Origin: an uncultured Clostridia bacterium
GTDB taxonomy: Bacteria; Bacillota; Clostridia; UMGS1810
NCBI GenBank assembly: GCA_934454585.1
Contig: CAKSFP010000005.1
Coordinates: forward strand, 9,053 to 41,052
Direction: 5' to 3'
DNA length: 32,000 bases
Shown: in pieces, positions 24,078 through 32,000 of the stretch
Numbering within the stretch: position 1 is the first letter of the stretch
Layout: the number at the start of each line of letters is the position of its first letter
Made by a program: the position numbers and the translations under genes
Notes under the pieces: model-generated
What the model was told of the DNA's origin: nothing
What the model saw: the letters and a program-made list of their open reading frames with translations, nothing else
Databases searched by the model: none

Positions 24078-24141
24078 CTTTTGTGAAAAATAAAATACAA
24101 AGGCAAGGGACTGCGTTTTTCTTGCCGGGCAGTCCCATGCC
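24078..24141 (-). terminator. Intercistronic hairpin/attenuator between the binding-protein gene and the permease genes
   Basis: On the minus strand: GGCATGGGACTGC - 14-nt loop - GCAGTCCCTTGCC (13 bp, 1 mismatch), followed by TTTGTATTTTATTTTT. Confidence 0.6.
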
Positions 24142-24174
24142 GAAAATTTTGTATTATTCGATTAATATTACGGA

Positions 24175-25383
24175 TTATTCAACCGGCTGGAAAGAACCGT
24201 TTGTGCTCTGTGTACCGATGAACTTAAATTCGCCGTTTTCAACAGTTTTGATGTAGGCTTTGTCTTTCATGGCATCGCCGTTCTCGTCGAATTTGATAAT
24301 ACCCGTTACGCCTGTTGTGTCAAGCTTTGTGAGTGCGTCGCGGATAGCTGAGGTGTCGGTTGAACCGGCGGCCTCTATGGCTGCAACAGCTGCGTTGTAT
24401 GCGTCATATCCGAGTGCGGATACAGCTGCAACGCCATCCTTGCCACCGTTGAGTTTGAGGTTCTTGGAGTCGGAATTGAGGTATTCCTTGAAACCTTTAA
24501 CGAAGTCTGCGGCTGTGGTATCGTTCTCGTCAAAGAATGTGGAGAAAGACACTCCTTTGCAGTTGTCTGCGCCCGCGTTATCTATGATCTGGGTGTTCTC
24601 CCATGTGTCGCCTGCCATGATGTCGCAGGTGATACCGAGGTCTCTTGCCTGTTTAACCATGAGACCGGCGGTAGCAATTGAGGACGGGCAGAAGATAACA
24701 TCCGGGTTTGCAGCCTTAGCCGCTGTAAGCAGAGCGTTAAAGTCGGATTCGTTTGTGTTGTATGTGCCGTCATAAACGATATCGCCCTTGTAAGCCTGTT
24801 TGAAGTAGTTTGCAAGGCCTGTTGAGTAGTCATCACCGTTCTGGCAGATAACAGCAGCCTTTGTGAGTTTGCAGGTGTCATAAGCATATGAAGCCATAAC
24901 CGTGCCCTGGAAAGGATCAAGGAAGCAGGTTCTGAAGTACCACTCGTTGCCGCTTGTAACCTGGGGATTGGTGCAGGAGATACCGATAGCCGGAATCTTA
25001 GCCGATGCAAAGGTTGAACCGGCTGCGATGGAAACACCGGAACCGTAAGAACCGAGAACCACGCTCACACCGTCGGACACGAGCTTCTGTGCAGCCGTTA
25101 CGGCAGCCGTCTTGTCAGACTGATTGTCCACTTCATCAAGCACGATTTTGTATTCCGTGCCGCCTATTGTAACTGTGTTTTTGAGGGAGTTTGCATAGCG
25201 GATGCCGAGCACTTCCTGCACTCCGCCGCCGCCGTTTTCACCGGTTGTCGGCTCAAAAACACCGATCTTGATCACATTGTCTCCGGCAGTCTGTCCGCCG
25301 TCGTTTGTTGCCTGCTGACCGCATCCTGCGAAGCACATTACCATAAGGCATGCCGCAAGAAGCATTGCAATTGATTTTTTCAT
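24175..25383 (-). CDS. Amino-acid ABC transporter substrate-binding lipoprotein (LivJ/LivK family, type I PBP)
   Basis: Lipoprotein signal is MKKSIAMLLAACLMVMCFAGC. IKIGVFEPTTG...GVSVVLGSYGSG... is typical of Leu/Ile/Val-binding-protein-family SBPs. AAGGAGG SD. Confidence 0.85.
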   Translation of the reverse strand: MKKSIAMLLAACLMVMCFAGCGQQATNDGGQTAGDNVIKIGVFEPTTGENGGGGVQEVLGIRYANSLKNTVTIGGTEYKIVLDEVDNQSDKTAAVTAAQKLVSDGVSVVLGSYGSGVSIAAGSTFASAKIPAIGISCTNPQVTSGNEWYFRTCFLDPFQGTVMASYAYDTCKLTKAAVICQNGDDYSTGLANYFKQAYKGDIVYDGTYNTNESDFNALLTAAKAANPDVIFCPSSIATAGLMVKQARDLGITCDIMAGDTWENTQIIDNAGADNCKGVSFSTFFDENDTTAADFVKGFKEYLNSDSKNLKLNGGKDGVAAVSALGYDAYNAAVAAIEAAGSTDTSAIRDALTKLDTTGVTGIIKFDENGDAMKDKAYIKTVENGEFKFIGTQSTNGSFQPVE

Positions 25384-25598
25384 AAAAAATCCTCCTTGAG
25401 TTTTGATAGAGCTGTCACCGGGCGATAAAAAATTTCCCCTAAAGCCGCCAATGACAACTATATATTATAGTTATACTATAAAATACATTAAAAAACAATG
25501 TTTTTTTTGAAATTTAGTAAACTTTTTATTAACTTTTTGCGATTTTACCGTCATTTCTACCTAAAATATGAAATTTTCATTAAATATCATATAATCTA

Positions 25599-25626
25599 TT
25601 GACTTATCGCGACAATTGTGTATAAT
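25599..25626 (+). promoter_or_regulatory. Candidate sigma-A-type promoter for the ABC exporter gene
   Basis: TTGACT (25599-25604), a 16-nt spacer, TATAAT (25621-25626). Confidence 0.5.
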
Positions 25627-25684
25627 GTTTGTGAAATTAAAAAACGGGCAAAATTTCAAGCCCGATACGGGAGATGGTTTTTCC

Positions 25685-27517
25685 ATGAAAACTACCGAAC
25701 GCACAAGCTACATACCCGATTATGAGCAGTTGTTTTTTGGCGGCCGCGGCGAACAGCCGAACGGTGAGAAGAAGCGCTCTGTCGAGACGGGTATACTGAA
25801 AACCCTTTTTAAGAAGAACATCAAAGGCATTGTCATCTCGTCTTTTTTCTACCTTTTGAAAAACTCGCCGACATGGGTTATACCGATTGTTACATCCAAT
25901 GTTATTAACCTCATATCCTATCCCGACGACCACACCATGCTGAAAATCGCATTGAACTTTGCCGTGCTCTGCGTGTGTATATTGCAGAACATCCCTACCC
26001 ATGTCATCTATTCGCGCTTTACGGACAAAATGCTGCGGACGGTGGGTGCAGGACTGCGCAACACGCTTGTGCGCAAACTGCAGCACCTGTCGCTGACTTA
26101 TCACAAGGAGATAGAATCCGGCAGATTGCAGTCAAAATTCATGCGCGACATAGAGGCTATAGAGTTTTTTAACACACATTTTATCAAAAGCTGCATACCG
26201 GCACTGCTGGGACTGGCGGTCACTATGACGGTGTCGGGCGCAAAGAGCGGACTTGTGACGCTGTTTTATATAATCGTCGTGCCGATAAATGTGATGCTGA
26301 TAAACATGTTTCGCGGCAAGATGAAAAACAACAACCGCAGTTTTCGGATGGAAAACGAAAATATGTCCGCTAAAGTGAAAAATATGCTTGAGATGATGCC
26401 CGTCACCAAGGCTCACGGACTGGAAAACGAGGAAATAGCGCGGCTCGAGGCAAATATCGCTCACTTAAAGGCAACCGGACTCATAATGGATCGCACGAAT
26501 GCGTATTTCGGCTCGGTGATGTGGGTGGTGTCGCAGTTACTCTCTGCCTTATGTCTGGCATTTACGGGTTATCTGGCATTTAGCGGAAAAATTCGTGTCG
26601 GCGACATAGTGCTCTATCAGTCGTATTTTTCGCAGATATCCAACAGTGTGCAGTCTGTGGTGAACATTTATCCCGAACTGGCAAAGGGGCTTGAGGCGGT
26701 TCACTCCATGTCCGAGGTGATCCTCTCGGACAACATAGAGGATAACCGCGGCAAAATCCGTCTGCGCTATGTGCATGGGACAATATATTTTGACAACTGC
26801 TGTTACCGCTATCCGAATGCCGATGAGGATGTGATAAAGAACTTCACGCTCCATGCGGAAAAGGGTGAATGCATTGCTTTTGTCGGTTCCTCCGGTTCAG
26901 GCAAATCGACGATAATGAACATGATAATCGGATTTTTGCTGCCGACATCGGGTTCGCTAAGCATTGACGGCAAGCCGATAGAGATGCTCAATCTCACGGA
27001 TTACCGCCATTTCATATCCGTGGTGCCGCAAAACAGCGTCATGTTCTCCGGCACAATCCGCGACAACATACTCTACGGTTTGCACGATGTGTCGGAAGAA
27101 AAGCTTGCGGATGTGGTGAAAAGGGCAAATATCGAAGAATTTTTGGCCGATATGCCGCATGGACTTGACACGGACATCGGCGAGAACGGCAGCCGTTTGT
27201 CCGGAGGGCAAAAACAGCGCATATCCATTGCGCGCGCACTTATCCGCGATCCGCGCATACTCATTCTTGATGAGGCGACTTCGGCTCTGGATAATGTATC
27301 GGAGCGCCATGTGCAAAAAGCTATATCGGAACTTGTCAAAAACCGCACCACATTCATCGTCGCACACAGGCTGTCCACAATCCGTGATGCCGACCGCATA
27401 GTCGTCATGGATAAGGGCAGATGTGTCGAACTTGGTACTTATGACGAACTGATGGAGAAAAAGGGCAGGTTTTATGAATTGAAAAAGCTGAGCGACATCG
27501 GCGCGGCGGATGAGTAA
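25685..27517 (+). CDS. ABC exporter, fused permease/ATPase (type I exporter, MsbA/MdlB-like half transporter)
   Basis: Six-TM domain plus an NBD with Walker A GSSGSGKST, signature LSGGQKQRISIARAL and Walker B ILILDEATSALD. ATG 25685 is preferred because the 25616 start would overlap the promoter. Confidence 0.9.
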   Translation: MKTTERTSYIPDYEQLFFGGRGEQPNGEKKRSVETGILKTLFKKNIKGIVISSFFYLLKNSPTWVIPIVTSNVINLISYPDDHTMLKIALNFAVLCVCILQNIPTHVIYSRFTDKMLRTVGAGLRNTLVRKLQHLSLTYHKEIESGRLQSKFMRDIEAIEFFNTHFIKSCIPALLGLAVTMTVSGAKSGLVTLFYIIVVPINVMLINMFRGKMKNNNRSFRMENENMSAKVKNMLEMMPVTKAHGLENEEIARLEANIAHLKATGLIMDRTNAYFGSVMWVVSQLLSALCLAFTGYLAFSGKIRVGDIVLYQSYFSQISNSVQSVVNIYPELAKGLEAVHSMSEVILSDNIEDNRGKIRLRYVHGTIYFDNCCYRYPNADEDVIKNFTLHAEKGECIAFVGSSGSGKSTIMNMIIGFLLPTSGSLSIDGKPIEMLNLTDYRHFISVVPQNSVMFSGTIRDNILYGLHDVSEEKLADVVKRANIEEFLADMPHGLDTDIGENGSRLSGGQKQRISIARALIRDPRILILDEATSALDNVSERHVQKAISELVKNRTTFIVAHRLSTIRDADRIVVMDKGRCVELGTYDELMEKKGRFYELKKLSDIGAADE

Positions 27518-27524
27518 AAAAAAT

Positions 27525-27553
27525 TTGCCATGGGGAGTTTTTTGTGATATTAT
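27525..27553 (+). promoter_or_regulatory. Candidate promoter for mltG
   Basis: TTGCCA (27525-27530), a 17-nt spacer, TATTAT (27548-27553). Confidence 0.35.
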
Positions 27554-27632
27554 ATAGGTAGGCATAATCGACAGACCGAAATTTGAACTCATGCAGTCAT
27601 TTGGCTGCCGAGTTACTGCACCGTCTCGCGGT

Positions 27633-27698
27633 ATATGTTGTGTATCTGCTCGACACGCGACCTGACGGCGCTATGGATCTCGCTGATACACAACATAT
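27633..27698 (+). repeat. Perfect 14-bp inverted repeat (ATATGTTGTGTATC ... GATACACAACATAT) with a 38-nt GC-rich loop, in the mltG leader
   Basis: Read directly from the sequence. Confidence 0.7.
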
Positions 27699-27746
27699 AC
27701 CACTCGCCTTTGAGTGAATCACGACTTATCCGAAAGGACATTACTT

Positions 27747-28733
27747 ATGAAAAAAATTATCCTAATTGCAATAGCGGCACTGGCACTGATGTGGCTCACG
27801 CCGTATATCGGCGAATACTTCGCCACACAGTCAAAGACCGGCTCTCCGGTCACGGTCACCATACCTCAGGGCTCCACGGCGGACTCAATTGCCGACATTC
27901 TGAAGGAAAACAACCTCATAAAGCACAAAATCGTGTTTCTCCTGAAGGTGAAGATGACCCAAAGCAACAACAAACTGAACTACGGCACCTATACCCTGGA
28001 TGACGGAATGTGCATAGCGGATATAATCAAGACTCTCACTACCGCATCGGGAGACACGGCGACGCTTGTCATCCCCGAGGGACTGTCAGCTGAGAATATT
28101 GCCGAGAGGGCAGAGTCAATCGGCATCTGCACGCAGAAAGATTTTCTTGCGGCGCTCGGCGATGACTACGACTTTGAATTCATCGCACACATACCGAGCG
28201 GCAAGTACAAGTACAAACTCCAGGGATATCTGTTCCCGGACACATATAATTTTGCAAAGGGCACAAACGCCCACACGGTTGTGGAGACTCTGCTTGCTAA
28301 TTTTGACAGGCGGTGCAAAAAGGTGCTCGGCGGTTATGACGACAACACATTTGCACTTGTCACCAAGGCATCGCTGATAGAAAAAGAGGCAAAGCTTGCG
28401 TCCGAGAAACCGACCATAGCCGGAGTAATCGAAAACCGCCTGAAGGCGGATATGCCGCTGCAGATAGATGCGGCAATAGTGTATGCGATAACGGACGGCA
28501 AGTATAATGCCGACAAGGTGTACTACAAGGATCTCGAGATTGACTCGCCGTATAATATATACAAAAACAAGGGTCTGCCGGCAGGACCGATATGCAATCC
28601 GGGTCTGGATTCAATCAAGGCGGCGGCAAATCCCGAGAGTCACAAGTATCTGTATTATCACACAGACACGGTGAAAAATGACGGCAGCCATATATTCACC
28701 GAGACATATGACGAGCATTTGCAGACACAGTAG
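27747..28733 (+). CDS. mltG: Endolytic murein transglycosylase MltG (YceG-like)
   Basis: N-terminal TM is MKKIILIAIAALALMWL. Motifs: YLFPDTY, ASLIEKEA, LQIDAAIVYA, SPYNIYKNKGLPAGPICNPG, YLYYHTD. Confidence 0.9.
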   Translation: MKKIILIAIAALALMWLTPYIGEYFATQSKTGSPVTVTIPQGSTADSIADILKENNLIKHKIVFLLKVKMTQSNNKLNYGTYTLDDGMCIADIIKTLTTASGDTATLVIPEGLSAENIAERAESIGICTQKDFLAALGDDYDFEFIAHIPSGKYKYKLQGYLFPDTYNFAKGTNAHTVVETLLANFDRRCKKVLGGYDDNTFALVTKASLIEKEAKLASEKPTIAGVIENRLKADMPLQIDAAIVYAITDGKYNADKVYYKDLEIDSPYNIYKNKGLPAGPICNPGLDSIKAAANPESHKYLYYHTDTVKNDGSHIFTETYDEHLQTQ

Positions 28734-28806
28734 GGATGTAAAGCACGCAATCTGCCGTGTATAATTTTTGATAAATTGCAAATGACGGACGAGTTTGCGC
28801 GTCGAC

Positions 28807-28892
28807 TGTGTATGTAATTTTTATTCTTGCCAACTCGGACAGCAGTGCGGTAGCGCTGAACTCGTTGTCTAAGAATAAAAATTACACACACA
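28807..28892. repeat. MITE-like palindromic element, short copy (86 bp)
   Basis: TGTGTATGTAATTTTTATTCTT at 28807-28828 versus 28871-28892 (21/22 as an inverted repeat). It shares ...TTATTCTTGCC and GCGCTGAACTCG..GTCTAAGAATAAAAA with the 18707 copy. Confidence 0.6.
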
Positions 28893-28964
28893 GACGCCGA
28901 GAGTTTTTCAATGCTCCCCCGATATTTGTCAACAGTTTGCACAAAACCAATAAAGGAGACCATC

Positions 28965-31124
28965 ATGCAAAATTTCACTTTCAAAAAAGCCGTTCCCGTG
29001 TGGGAATCGGGCAAAGAGGACGAAACCAATTATAACCTCGTATTTCGCACAATTGTGCCGCGCGGCGGCGCAGCAATTGCCGTTGCCGCATCAAATATGT
29101 ATCAGATGTTTGTCGGCGGCAAGATGATTGCCGAGGGTCCGGCACGGGCAGGGCACGGATATTATCGCGTGGACGAAATAGACCTCGGCAAGTATCTGAA
29201 TGAGGATGAAAACATCGTTGCCATATATGTAAACGGCTACAATATATATAATTTTGACCGCATAAAACAGAGTGCATTCCTCTGTGCCGAGGTGATAAAG
29301 AACGGTGAGATCATCGCTGCAACGGGAGCTTCTCTTCCGCGCAGATTCGAGGCAAAATATCACTCCGACCGTCTGCGCAAAATCGTGCGGTTTTCATATC
29401 AGCGCGCATTTGCGGAATACTATACTTATGATGAGAACTACAAGGACTTTGAGTGCAAAACCGACGCTGAATTTTGCGCAGTTACCCTTGTGCGGACAGG
29501 CGAAAAAAACTTCATCACCCGTGAAGTGCCCTATCCCTGCTATGACGAAATCGGTGCGGAGAAAATCATCTGCCGCGGCAGTGTGAAATTTCACGATGAG
29601 CCTATTGATCCGGTGCAGAACCGCTATATAGATCTGCCCGAAAAACTGGCTCACTTCGGTTATGCCAAGAGTGAACTTGAAATGATAAATACGGACGAGG
29701 CAGATAAAGGAGAATACACTCCCGAAATCACGGCTGAGACGGCGGCAGAACCGCTTACCCTTGAGCCGGACAGTTATGCGATATACGCACTCCCGAGCGA
29801 AAAAACCGGATTTATCACTCTTGAAGTGTGCGCAGAGGAAAAATGTGAACTTATCGTTGTCTTTGATGAGCTGCTGACGGACGGTGATGTGTCGACGAAG
29901 CGTTTTAACATCCAAAACGCCGTAATATGGAATCTCGCTCCGGGAAAATATTCCCTCATTACCAACGAGCCGTGCTCCATGAAATACATTAAGGTGATAA
30001 ATAAGTCTGACGGAAAACTGGGCGTTAAGAAAGTTGCGCTTACGGAATTTGCGTTTGATACGGCAAGATTTTCTTTGCCGGAGATGAAAAAACTCGGCAG
30101 TACTAACGATAATCTCAACCGAATTTATGACGCAGCGGCAGAGACTTTCCGTCAGAACACGGTTGACATATATTCCGACTGTCCGACGCGAGAGCGCGCC
30201 GGTTGGCTGTGCGACAGCTTTTTTACATCAAGGGTGGAGCATTTCCTCACCGGCAAATCGGTTGTGGAGAAGAATTTTCTCGAAAACTTTATATATAAAA
30301 TCGGGTTTGACGACATAGACAGCCGTATGCTGCCGATGTGCTATCCGTCCGACTTTGTGAATGATTCGTTCATACCCAACTGGGCAATGTGGTATTGCAT
30401 AGAGGCGGAAGAATACCTCGCACGAACGGGCGACAGAGATTTTATCGATACCGCAAAACCGCAGCTTGAGGCGCTTGCACAGTATTTTGAGGAATACGAA
30501 AATTCGGACGGACTGCTCGAAAAGCTTAGCGGCTGGGTGTTCATTGAGTGGTCCAAGGCTAACGACTATATCCAAGATGTCAACTATCCGTCAAATATGC
30601 TCTATGCGCGGATGCTGAGGACTCTCGGCAGACTGTACGGCGGCGACTACGGAGCAAAGGCGGAGCGGATAATCGCCAAGGTGCGCGAGCAGTCGTTTAA
30701 CGGGACATTCTTCCGCGACCATGCCGTGCGCAACGCAGACGGCACGCTGACAATCTGCGATGACATCACGGAGACTTGCCAGTACTACGCATTTTTCAGC
30801 GGAACTGCCACTAAAGATGAATATCCCGAGCTTTGGCAGACCATGCTGCATGAATTCGGACCCGACAGGCAGGAGACGGGTTTGTGGGCAGAGATTGCCC
30901 CGTCCGCACCGTTCATAGGAAACTATCTGCGGCTTGAACTGCTTGCCAACGACGGCACGGACATTGCGATACAAAAACTGCTCGCCGACATAGAGGGGTA
31001 TTTCGGCTATATGGCGGACAAAACGGGCACTCTGTGGGAGACTCAGCACACTACGGCAAGCTGCAACCACGGCTTTGCATCGCATGTGCTCATCTGGCTG
31101 AAAAAATTTGCCCCCAAGGCTTGA
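28965..31124 (+). CDS. GH78-like (alpha/alpha)6-barrel glycoside hydrolase (alpha-L-rhamnosidase family-like)
   Basis: The N-terminal beta-sandwich pattern is KAVPVW...MYQMFVGGKMIAEGPAR...VAIYVNGY. The six-hairpin motif is DIYSDCPTRERAGWLCDS. AAAGGAGA SD lies before ATG 28965. Confidence 0.65.
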   Translation: MQNFTFKKAVPVWESGKEDETNYNLVFRTIVPRGGAAIAVAASNMYQMFVGGKMIAEGPARAGHGYYRVDEIDLGKYLNEDENIVAIYVNGYNIYNFDRIKQSAFLCAEVIKNGEIIAATGASLPRRFEAKYHSDRLRKIVRFSYQRAFAEYYTYDENYKDFECKTDAEFCAVTLVRTGEKNFITREVPYPCYDEIGAEKIICRGSVKFHDEPIDPVQNRYIDLPEKLAHFGYAKSELEMINTDEADKGEYTPEITAETAAEPLTLEPDSYAIYALPSEKTGFITLEVCAEEKCELIVVFDELLTDGDVSTKRFNIQNAVIWNLAPGKYSLITNEPCSMKYIKVINKSDGKLGVKKVALTEFAFDTARFSLPEMKKLGSTNDNLNRIYDAAAETFRQNTVDIYSDCPTRERAGWLCDSFFTSRVEHFLTGKSVVEKNFLENFIYKIGFDDIDSRMLPMCYPSDFVNDSFIPNWAMWYCIEAEEYLARTGDRDFIDTAKPQLEALAQYFEEYENSDGLLEKLSGWVFIEWSKANDYIQDVNYPSNMLYARMLRTLGRLYGGDYGAKAERIIAKVREQSFNGTFFRDHAVRNADGTLTICDDITETCQYYAFFSGTATKDEYPELWQTMLHEFGPDRQETGLWAEIAPSAPFIGNYLRLELLANDGTDIAIQKLLADIEGYFGYMADKTGTLWETQHTTASCNHGFASHVLIWLKKFAPKA

Positions 31125-31135
31125 AAGGAACAAAC

Positions 31136-31342
31136 ATGAACGAAAAAAAGACGCAAAGAATAAATGAGTTGGCAAGGAAAGCGAAAACAGTCGGTCTGAC
31201 CGATGCCGAAAAGGCAGAGCAGGCGCAGCTGCGCAAAGAGTATGTGGCGGCGTTCCGCGCCTCGCTCACAAATATCCTTGACAACACATATATACAAAAC
31301 CCCGACGGAACCAAGGTTAAAGTGCACAGAAAAAAGAAATAG
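31136..31342 (+). CDS. DUF896/UPF0291 family small protein (YnzC-like)
   Basis: MNEKKTQRINELARKAKTVGLTDAEKAEQAQLRKEYVAAFRASL... closely follows the YnzC pattern (RINELA.KAK...T.EEK.EQ..LR.EYL..FR). Confidence 0.8.
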   Translation: MNEKKTQRINELARKAKTVGLTDAEKAEQAQLRKEYVAAFRASLTNILDNTYIQNPDGTKVKVHRKKK

Positions 31343-31358
31343 AATTTCGGAGGAAAAT

Positions 31359-32000
31359 ATGAAAATTCTAATGGCATTAAACGGACTCGACATCGGTGGC
31401 GCCGAAACCCATGTTGTCGAGTTGTCAAAAGAACTCAAACGCCGAGGACATGACATAGTAATGGTATCCGCCGGCGGAGTGTATCAAAAAGAGGTTGAGG
31501 ATGCCGGAATCAAGCACTACAAAATTGTGCTCAATTCGCGTGATGTACGCAGCATTCTCGGCGCAAAGGGGAAACTGAAGAAAATTCTCATTGACGAAAA
31601 GCCGGACATAGTCCACGCCCATGCGCGCATACCCGGATTTTTGCTCGGCTCTCTGCATAAGGAGATGAAGGGCAAAAACGCCTTTGTGTTCGTCACCACG
31701 GCGCACTGGACATTTGACACATCGTTCCTTGTGAAAAAGCTTACCTGCTGGGGGCAGAAAACTCTCGCAGTCAGCGATGATCTGAAAAAATATCTCCTTA
31801 AATACTACCCAGAGGTTGAGGAGAAAAACATCTATATCAGCATAAACGGCATAGACGGCAGAAAGTTCAGTAAGAACATCTCCGGTGAGAAGGTGGCAAA
31901 GGAATTTAACCTTACACCGGGTGCAAAGCGTATTGTGTATGTCAGCCGGCTGAATCCGGCCGTGTGCGCCCCGGCATACGGAATCATAGAGAACATTGCA
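31359..32000 (+). CDS. Glycosyltransferase family 4, 5' partial (runs off the window)
   Basis: My own translation from ATG 31359 (GGAGGA SD) gives MKILMALNGLDIGGAETHVVELSKELKRRGHDIVMVSAGG...DIVHAHARIPGF. It is open for all 214 codons to the window end. Confidence 0.75.
   Translation, partial: MKILMALNGLDIGGAETHVVELSKELKRRGHDIVMVSAGGVYQKEVEDAGIKHYKIVLNSRDVRSILGAKGKLKKILIDEKPDIVHAHARIPGFLLGSLHKEMKGKNAFVFVTTAHWTFDTSFLVKKLTCWGQKTLAVSDDLKKYLLKYYPEVEEKNIYISINGIDGRKFSKNISGEKVAKEFNLTPGAKRIVYVSRLNPAVCAPAYGIIENIA

Noticed and set aside
24102-24141. Pseudoknot reading of the interleaved complementary segments in the livJ-livH gap
   Set aside because: The loop lengths (0 nt before the last strand) make an H-type pseudoknot sterically implausible. 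A single 13-bp hairpin with one mismatch explains all the segments.
25384-25684. T-box or other riboswitch leader for the liv operon, and a c-di-GMP riboswitch anywhere near the EPS genes
   Set aside because: I could not find the conserved T-box sequence, a specifier-loop layout or GEMM-like conserved cores by eye. Only AT-rich promoter-like sequence and a weak hairpin are present. An Rfam scan is needed to be sure.
26957-27592. 211-aa minus-strand ORF over the ABC exporter NBD
   Set aside because: It is antisense to the Walker A, signature and Walker B region of a clear ABC protein.

Overview
The window looks like a Firmicutes/Clostridia chromosome (Spo0A, LivJHMGF-type ABC importer, AsnRS and MltG are present; GGAGG-type ribosome-binding sites; mid-range GC by eye). 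All function calls come from motif and architecture recognition in the supplied translations. No database search or HMM was run.

Layout:
- 37-10362 (+): a tightly packed, translationally coupled exopolysaccharide operon of the Wzy-dependent type. It has two PCP/Wzz-like membrane proteins, a Wzy/O-antigen-ligase-family polymerase, one GT4 and three GT2 transferases, and a terminal degenerate-GGDEF + EAL protein. The second PCP carries a cytoplasmic degenerate GGDEF domain where PCPs normally have, or recruit, a tyrosine kinase.
- 10463-13198: a secreted M14 peptidase and a convergent BspA-like LRR protein, separated by an 18-bp-stem bidirectional terminator.
- 13336-14106 (-): spo0A, with Asn instead of the phosphoacceptor Asp. 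A 612-bp non-coding, structure-rich stretch lies upstream, where spoIVB normally sits.
- 14427-15910: a 1.4-kb low-GC module bounded by 33-bp direct repeats. It carries a small secreted protein and two overlapping XRE/SinR-like regulators.
- 16039-18538 (+): an in-frame CBM-like::KduI fusion, then KduD.
- 18539-19131: a repeat-rich convergent intergenic region that contains a MITE-like palindromic element. A second, shorter copy lies at 28807-28892.
- 19132-25383 (-): livJ-HMGF followed by asnS.
- 25685-32000 (+): an ABC exporter, mltG, a GH78-like hydrolase, a DUF896 protein and a partial GT4.

No rRNA, tRNA, CRISPR array, transposase or integrase was recognised.

The best candidate for something undescribed is the EPS operon wired with c-di-GMP-type domains (the PCP::pseudo-GGDEF fusion plus the GGDEF*-EAL gene). 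The next two are the Asp-less Spo0A and the repeat-flanked regulator module beside it.
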